Shown here piece by piece: positions 20,281 through 24,000 of a stretch of 24,000 nucleotides of DNA. The translations under genes were made by a program, and so were the position numbers. Under the pieces are notes generated by a model that made no database searches, was not told where the DNA came from, and saw only the letters and a program-made list of their open reading frames with translations. Origin of the DNA: an uncultured Flavipsychrobacter sp. (GTDB lineage Bacteria; Bacteroidota; Bacteroidia; Chitinophagales; Chitinophagaceae); contig CAZUMM010000002.1 of the NCBI GenBank assembly GCA_964621795.1, positions 176,773 through 200,772 of the forward strand. Reading direction: 5' to 3'. How positions within the stretch are numbered: the first letter of the stretch is position 1; each line of letters begins with the position of its first letter.

Positions 20281-22257
20281 ATGAGACAGATCATGCAACA
20301 GGAAACCACTGTAAAAATTATACCCTTGCCCGACGATGCCAATTTATTAATGTCTGCCGGCGGCAGGCCGTTCCTGATGAAACTGCCTGTAGCCGTGTTC
20401 GTAATTAGCGGGCCTTCCTTTTCAATAGAGCTGGCCAACGAACGTGCGCAGTCCCTTTTGGGAAAACATGCGCGGGAGTTGGTAAATAAGTCTTTTAGAG
20501 ACTTATTACCGACAGAAGAGCAGCAGAGTATAGGGGATATACTACTGTACGTATTTGCTTCAGGTCGCGAGGCTGCCTGTAATGACGTACCGGTGTATGT
20601 ATCAAAAGAGATACGTTATTTCCATCTTAATTTTCAGCCTGTAAAAAATGACAAAGACCTGGTAGAAAGTGTCATGATAGTGGCTGTAGATGTAACGGCC
20701 AATAAACGGGAAAAGGAAGAGCTGGCCCGTCATGCACAACGCTACCGTTCACTGATAGAGGCGGGCAAATCGGTAATTTGGGTAACCGATGCCATGGGGG
20801 CTTATATCACACCGCAGCACTCCTGGGAAGCCTATACGGGGCAACCCTTTGAACAACATAAAGGTTTTGGCTGGATTGAGATGATACATCCGGACGACAG
20901 GGAGCGCATCGGCAGGCAGTGGCAGGTATCGCTGGAGCATAAATCGGTACACAACTGCTGGGGACAAATGTGGTCGAAAGCGCATAACGGCTACCGGCAC
21001 TTCACGGCAAGGGCGGTGCCTATACTGGACGAAGAAGGGAATGTAAAAGAGTGGATAGGGATGGATATTGACATCCACGACCAGAAGATGGCAGAAATGG
21101 CCCTGGTTAAAAGCGAACAGACTTTCCGCGAACTGGCCGATGCCATACCGCAAATGATATGGACCATCACGCCCGGCGGCATTATCAGTTACGGTAATAA
21201 AAAATGGACGGAATACCAGGGGCCGGATACTATCAATACCCCGCTGGTTTGGGAAGATATATTGTATGCAGGAGATGCGGTAAAGGTAAAGGAACTGTGG
21301 GATACGATGATACCTGCAGGGCAGGGTTTTACGGCTGAATGCCGCTTTCTGCACCCCGGGGGCGAAGCCTGCTGGCACCTGTTGCGTATTGCCCCTGTTA
21401 AAAGCCCTTCGGGTGATATTACAGCATGGCTGGGCGCAGCTACAGATATACACCGGCAAAAAACCTTTGCCGAAGAACTGGAGCGTAAAGTGCAGGACCG
21501 TACCCGCTCCCTCCAGGAAGTAAACCGGAAGCTGGAAGACAGCAACCATGAGCTGGAACAGTTTGCATACATAGCCAGCCACGACCTGCAGGAGCCGCTA
21601 CGGAAAATAAAAGCCTTTGGCGATATACTGAAGGGCAGGTACCATGACCTGCTTGGCGACAACGGCGCCGATATGATCGACCGTATGCAATCGGCATCAT
21701 ACCGGATGAAAGTATTTATCGACAACCTGCTGACTTATTCAAGAGTATCGGCCAATGCAAAGCCACACGAGCCTGTAAACCTGAATGAACTGCTGCGTGA
21801 AGTGACTTTTGACCTGGAAACATTGATAACAGAAAAGAAGGGCAGGGTTGAAGTGTCTGAACTGCCTGTAGTAACAGGCGACAGGCTGCAACTGGGGCAA
21901 TTGTTCCAGAACCTGTTGAGCAATGCCATCAAATTCAATAAACCGGGTGAGCCGCCTCGGGTTGTTATCACAGGTAAAGTAGTGAGGGGCAATGAATGTG
22001 CCGTTATTTTCCCGCCACAGGATGCTTCAAAACAATTTCTCTATATAGAAGTGCAGGATAACGGTATTGGTTTTGAGCCGGAGTATGCCGAAAAGATATT
22101 CCAGATATTTCAGCGCCTGCACAGCCGTAGCGAATATGAGGGGACCGGTATCGGCCTTTCTATCGTGAAAAAGGTAATAGAGAATCATAAAGGCTATATC
22201 ACTGCCGAAAGCGTATACGGGCAAGGTGCCTTATTCAGGATATTGCTGCCCTTATAA
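20281..22257 (+). CDS. Multi-PAS sensor histidine kinase (PAS x3, HisKA, HATPase_c)
   Basis: The H-box is FAYIASHDLQEPLRKI, the N-box LFQNLLSNAIKFN, the G-boxes VQDNGIGFEPEY and GTGIGLSIVKKV. PAS-like blocks occur upstream (e.g. WIEMIHPDDRERI). I prefer the ATG at 20281 (MRQIMQQ) over the GTG at 20266. Confidence 0.9.
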   Translation: MRQIMQQETTVKIIPLPDDANLLMSAGGRPFLMKLPVAVFVISGPSFSIELANERAQSLLGKHARELVNKSFRDLLPTEEQQSIGDILLYVFASGREAACNDVPVYVSKEIRYFHLNFQPVKNDKDLVESVMIVAVDVTANKREKEELARHAQRYRSLIEAGKSVIWVTDAMGAYITPQHSWEAYTGQPFEQHKGFGWIEMIHPDDRERIGRQWQVSLEHKSVHNCWGQMWSKAHNGYRHFTARAVPILDEEGNVKEWIGMDIDIHDQKMAEMALVKSEQTFRELADAIPQMIWTITPGGIISYGNKKWTEYQGPDTINTPLVWEDILYAGDAVKVKELWDTMIPAGQGFTAECRFLHPGGEACWHLLRIAPVKSPSGDITAWLGAATDIHRQKTFAEELERKVQDRTRSLQEVNRKLEDSNHELEQFAYIASHDLQEPLRKIKAFGDILKGRYHDLLGDNGADMIDRMQSASYRMKVFIDNLLTYSRVSANAKPHEPVNLNELLREVTFDLETLITEKKGRVEVSELPVVTGDRLQLGQLFQNLLSNAIKFNKPGEPPRVVITGKVVRGNECAVIFPPQDASKQFLYIEVQDNGIGFEPEYAEKIFQIFQRLHSRSEYEGTGIGLSIVKKVIENHKGYITAESVYGQGALFRILLPL

Positions 22258-22287
22258 ACAGGGGTGTTGTTCCTTTCCTGTTTTTTT
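22256..22287 (+). terminator. Possible weak intrinsic terminator after the histidine kinase gene
   Basis: aaacagg (22256-22262) pairs with cctgttt (22277-22283) around a 14-nt loop, followed by a T7 run. The stem is short and the loop large. Confidence 0.35.
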
Positions 22288-22371
22288 AACATTCATACCG
22301 CAGGTGGTGGCATAATCTTTACACCTGTAACAGCGATAAACTTATTACGGGCACTTCTAAAACAATAACTT

Positions 22372-22812
22372 ATGAATGACGATAAAAGCAAGAAAACAGG
22401 TGTAGGGCAGGAACATTTTGAAGAAAGAAGCAGGGAAGATGCTGCAAAAATGAGTCCGCTTGACCCTGACATGAATGCAACTAAAAAGGATGACCAGGGT
22501 GAAGATGCCACTAAAGAACATAAAGAATTAAAACATAGCAGCGCAGCCTCTATTGATGCTATCATCAGCAGCCCAACGGATGCCGTGCGTAGCCGCAGGC
22601 ACCATGATAACCTGGGCAACACAGGCAATAATACATCTTATGAAGGCGCTACATCTAATGCGCCGGGCGGTACAGGGTACAACTCCGGCCAGCCTGCCAC
22701 GGGCGAATCGATAAATACTACCGATGCGTATGACGAAGCTGGTATAGGCCACCGCAAACATCAGGAAGAAAAGAATAAAGACAACGAAGACGAAGAGAAA
22801 GACATTATTTAG
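22372..22812 (+). CDS. Hypothetical hydrophilic, probably intrinsically disordered protein (146 aa)
   Basis: It has no hydrophobic core and is rich in D/E/K/N/G/T (..KHQEEKNKDNEDEEKDII). A hairpin terminator follows. A 111-aa antisense ORF exists, but it is Ser/Leu/Cys-rich and looks spurious. Confidence 0.5.
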   Translation: MNDDKSKKTGVGQEHFEERSREDAAKMSPLDPDMNATKKDDQGEDATKEHKELKHSSAASIDAIISSPTDAVRSRRHHDNLGNTGNNTSYEGATSNAPGGTGYNSGQPATGESINTTDAYDEAGIGHRKHQEEKNKDNEDEEKDII

Positions 22813-22839
22813 GGCAAATGGTCTTTTTCATAATAATAG

Positions 22840-22870
22840 CCACTCCATGTGTATGGGGTGGTTTATTTTA
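22840..22870 (+). terminator. Intrinsic terminator after 22372-22812
   Basis: ccactccat-gtgt-atggggtgg is a 9-bp stem with one G-U position, followed by tttatttta. Confidence 0.5.
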
Positions 22871-23629
22871 TTACCTGTTCAGCCAGTGCTTGAAATCGCT
22901 GACACGCTGGCGGCTTACGAAGATGTCATTATCGTCGCAGTGTTTCAGTTCTATCTTCAGCCTGCCGTTGAAGTGGGTATGTATGCGGCCTATGGACTGT
23001 ATATGGGCTATATAGCTGCGGTTGATACGAAAGAATACCTGCGGGTCCAGTATTTTCTCCAGTTCGTCCAGCGTTTCATCTATGATGTATTTCTGTTGCT
23101 GCATGGTGTGCAGGAAGATGACCTTGTCATCGGCACGCATATAGGCCACATCGGCTACGGGTACATAGCTCAGCCTGTCGCCCTGCTTTACCAGGAAGCG
23201 CGACTTATGCGATGTGCCGCCTTGTTGCAGTTGTTGCAGCAGGCGGGAGAAATCGGGGGGGACGTTATCCTGCTGCAGCCCCCGGTATTTATCGAAGGCG
23301 GCTTTCAGCTCTTCTTTGTCTATGGGTTTCAGCAGGTAGTCTATGCTGTTCAGCTTGAAGGCGCGGAGGGTATAAGCATCGTAGGCGGTGGTAAAGATGA
23401 TGGGAATCTTCACCTGCACCTGTTCAAATATCTCGAAACTTAGCCCGTCTGCCAGTTGTATATCCGAGAGGATGATGTCTACTTCGCTACCGGATGTGCT
23501 GAGCCATTGTATGCCTTCCTGCACCGTTTCAATAGTAGACGCAATCTCTGCTCCCGGCATTACTTCAGCCAGTAATTGTTTCAGCCTGCGGGCGGCTGCT
23601 TTTTCATCTTCCAGCAATAGTATCCTCAT
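22871..23629 (-). CDS. LytTR-family two-component response regulator
   Basis: 252 aa. The receiver is MRILLLEDEKAAARRLKQLL..DIILSDIQLADGLSFEI..IIFTTAYD. The C-terminal LytTR DNA-binding domain is FLVKQGDRLSYVPVADVAYMRADDKVIFLHT..FFRINRSYIAHIQSI. Confidence 0.9.
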   Translation of the reverse strand: MRILLLEDEKAAARRLKQLLAEVMPGAEIASTIETVQEGIQWLSTSGSEVDIILSDIQLADGLSFEIFEQVQVKIPIIFTTAYDAYTLRAFKLNSIDYLLKPIDKEELKAAFDKYRGLQQDNVPPDFSRLLQQLQQGGTSHKSRFLVKQGDRLSYVPVADVAYMRADDKVIFLHTMQQQKYIIDETLDELEKILDPQVFFRINRSYIAHIQSIGRIHTHFNGRLKIELKHCDDNDIFVSRQRVSDFKHWLNR

Positions 23630-23631
23630 GT

Positions 23632-24000
23632 TTACAGCAGGGGTATTTTTACGATAAAGTAATTGTTTTCTTCCGTTATTTCAACCACATGGCTGGTCAG
23701 CAGTGCATACCGCCTGCGTATGTTTTCAAGGCCGATGCCTGTAGAGGGCTCCGGTATACGTTTGCGTTGCAGGTTATTCTTTACTACCAGCATTCCGCCT
23801 GTTGTATATATGCTGATGTCGAGCGGTTTTGATTCTGATATTTCATTGTGTTTAATGGCATTCTCTACCAGCATCAGCACACACTGGGGCACTATGCGCA
23901 AGGCGGCAGCACCGGGGGCGATATCAAAATTTGTCTGCAACTTGCCGTCAAAACGCTGCACATTCAGGAACAGGTAGGATGAAACGATTTTTATTTCTTC
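23632..24000 (-). CDS. LytS/His_kinase-type sensor histidine kinase, C-terminal part (gene continues beyond the right edge)
   Basis: The frame stays open upstream of the track's GTG at 23961 (..EEIKIVSSYLFLNVQRFDGKLQ..), which is the His_kinase domain consensus region. The GHKL ATPase motifs are LVENAIKHN and STGIGLENIRRRY. The stop lies 2 nt from the response regulator start. Confidence 0.85.
   Translation of the reverse strand, partial: EEIKIVSSYLFLNVQRFDGKLQTNFDIAPGAAALRIVPQCVLMLVENAIKHNEISESKPLDISIYTTGGMLVVKNNLQRKRIPEPSTGIGLENIRRRYALLTSHVVEITEENNYFIVKIPLL

Noticed and set aside
20749-21725. 277-aa and 178-aa minus-strand ORFs
   Set aside because: They are antisense to the PAS histidine kinase, whose H, N and G boxes are unambiguous. 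The sequences are low-complexity Arg/Pro/Ser-rich.
22847-23443. 198-aa plus-strand ORF
   Set aside because: It is antisense to the LytTR response regulator, which has clear receiver and LytTR motifs. It looks like a shadow ORF.
1-24000. CRISPR arrays, tRNA or rRNA genes, riboswitches
   Set aside because: I scanned the intergenic regions by eye. I saw no regularly spaced direct repeats, no tRNA-like T-loop/acceptor pattern and no recognisable riboswitch core. A covariance-model scan (tRNAscan-SE or Infernal) would be needed to be certain.

Overview
This window looks like a Bacteroidota chromosome segment, probably Chitinophagaceae or Sphingobacteriia-like. That placement is an inference from three T9SS C-terminal sorting domains, signal peptides ending in '..AQ', the lack of Shine-Dalgarno sequences and a CarboxypepD_reg-type TonB receptor. 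The main item is a compact minus-strand RiPP operon at 1-4108, visibly more AT-rich than its surroundings. In transcription order it encodes a small HTH regulator, a 104-aa precursor with a Bacteroidota double-glycine leader (..IRGGG) and a 75-aa acidic Thr/Ser/Cys/Pro-rich core, then a leaky-looking terminator. Next come an exported protein of unknown function, an ATP-grasp peptide maturase, a 64-aa coupled ORF and a SPASM-domain protein that has the twin auxiliary Fe-S Cys motifs but no radical-SAM CX3CX2C motif. The operon ends with the N-terminus of a C39-peptidase ABC exporter, which runs off the left edge. This matches the bioinformatically named but, to my knowledge, chemically uncharacterised 'grasp-with-SPASM' architecture. 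The rest of the window contains a TonB-dependent receptor, three T9SS cargo proteins (one apparently frameshifted in its signal-peptide region) and a RAYT/IS200-like HUH transposase flanked by ~82-bp inverted REP-like arms, with related solo repeat copies downstream of two other genes. It also contains a membrane fatty-acid desaturase, a MarR-divergent operon (epoxide-hydrolase-like, SnoaL-like, membrane protein, small beta-protein) and DoxX. There is a RebB (R-body) homologue with a duplicated core and an unknown 188-aa partner, a DinB-family protein and a DUF3298-like protein. Signalling genes are a multi-PAS histidine kinase, a disordered hydrophilic protein and a LytTR response regulator with its histidine kinase (partial at the right edge). 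I found no rRNA, tRNA or CRISPR array by eye.
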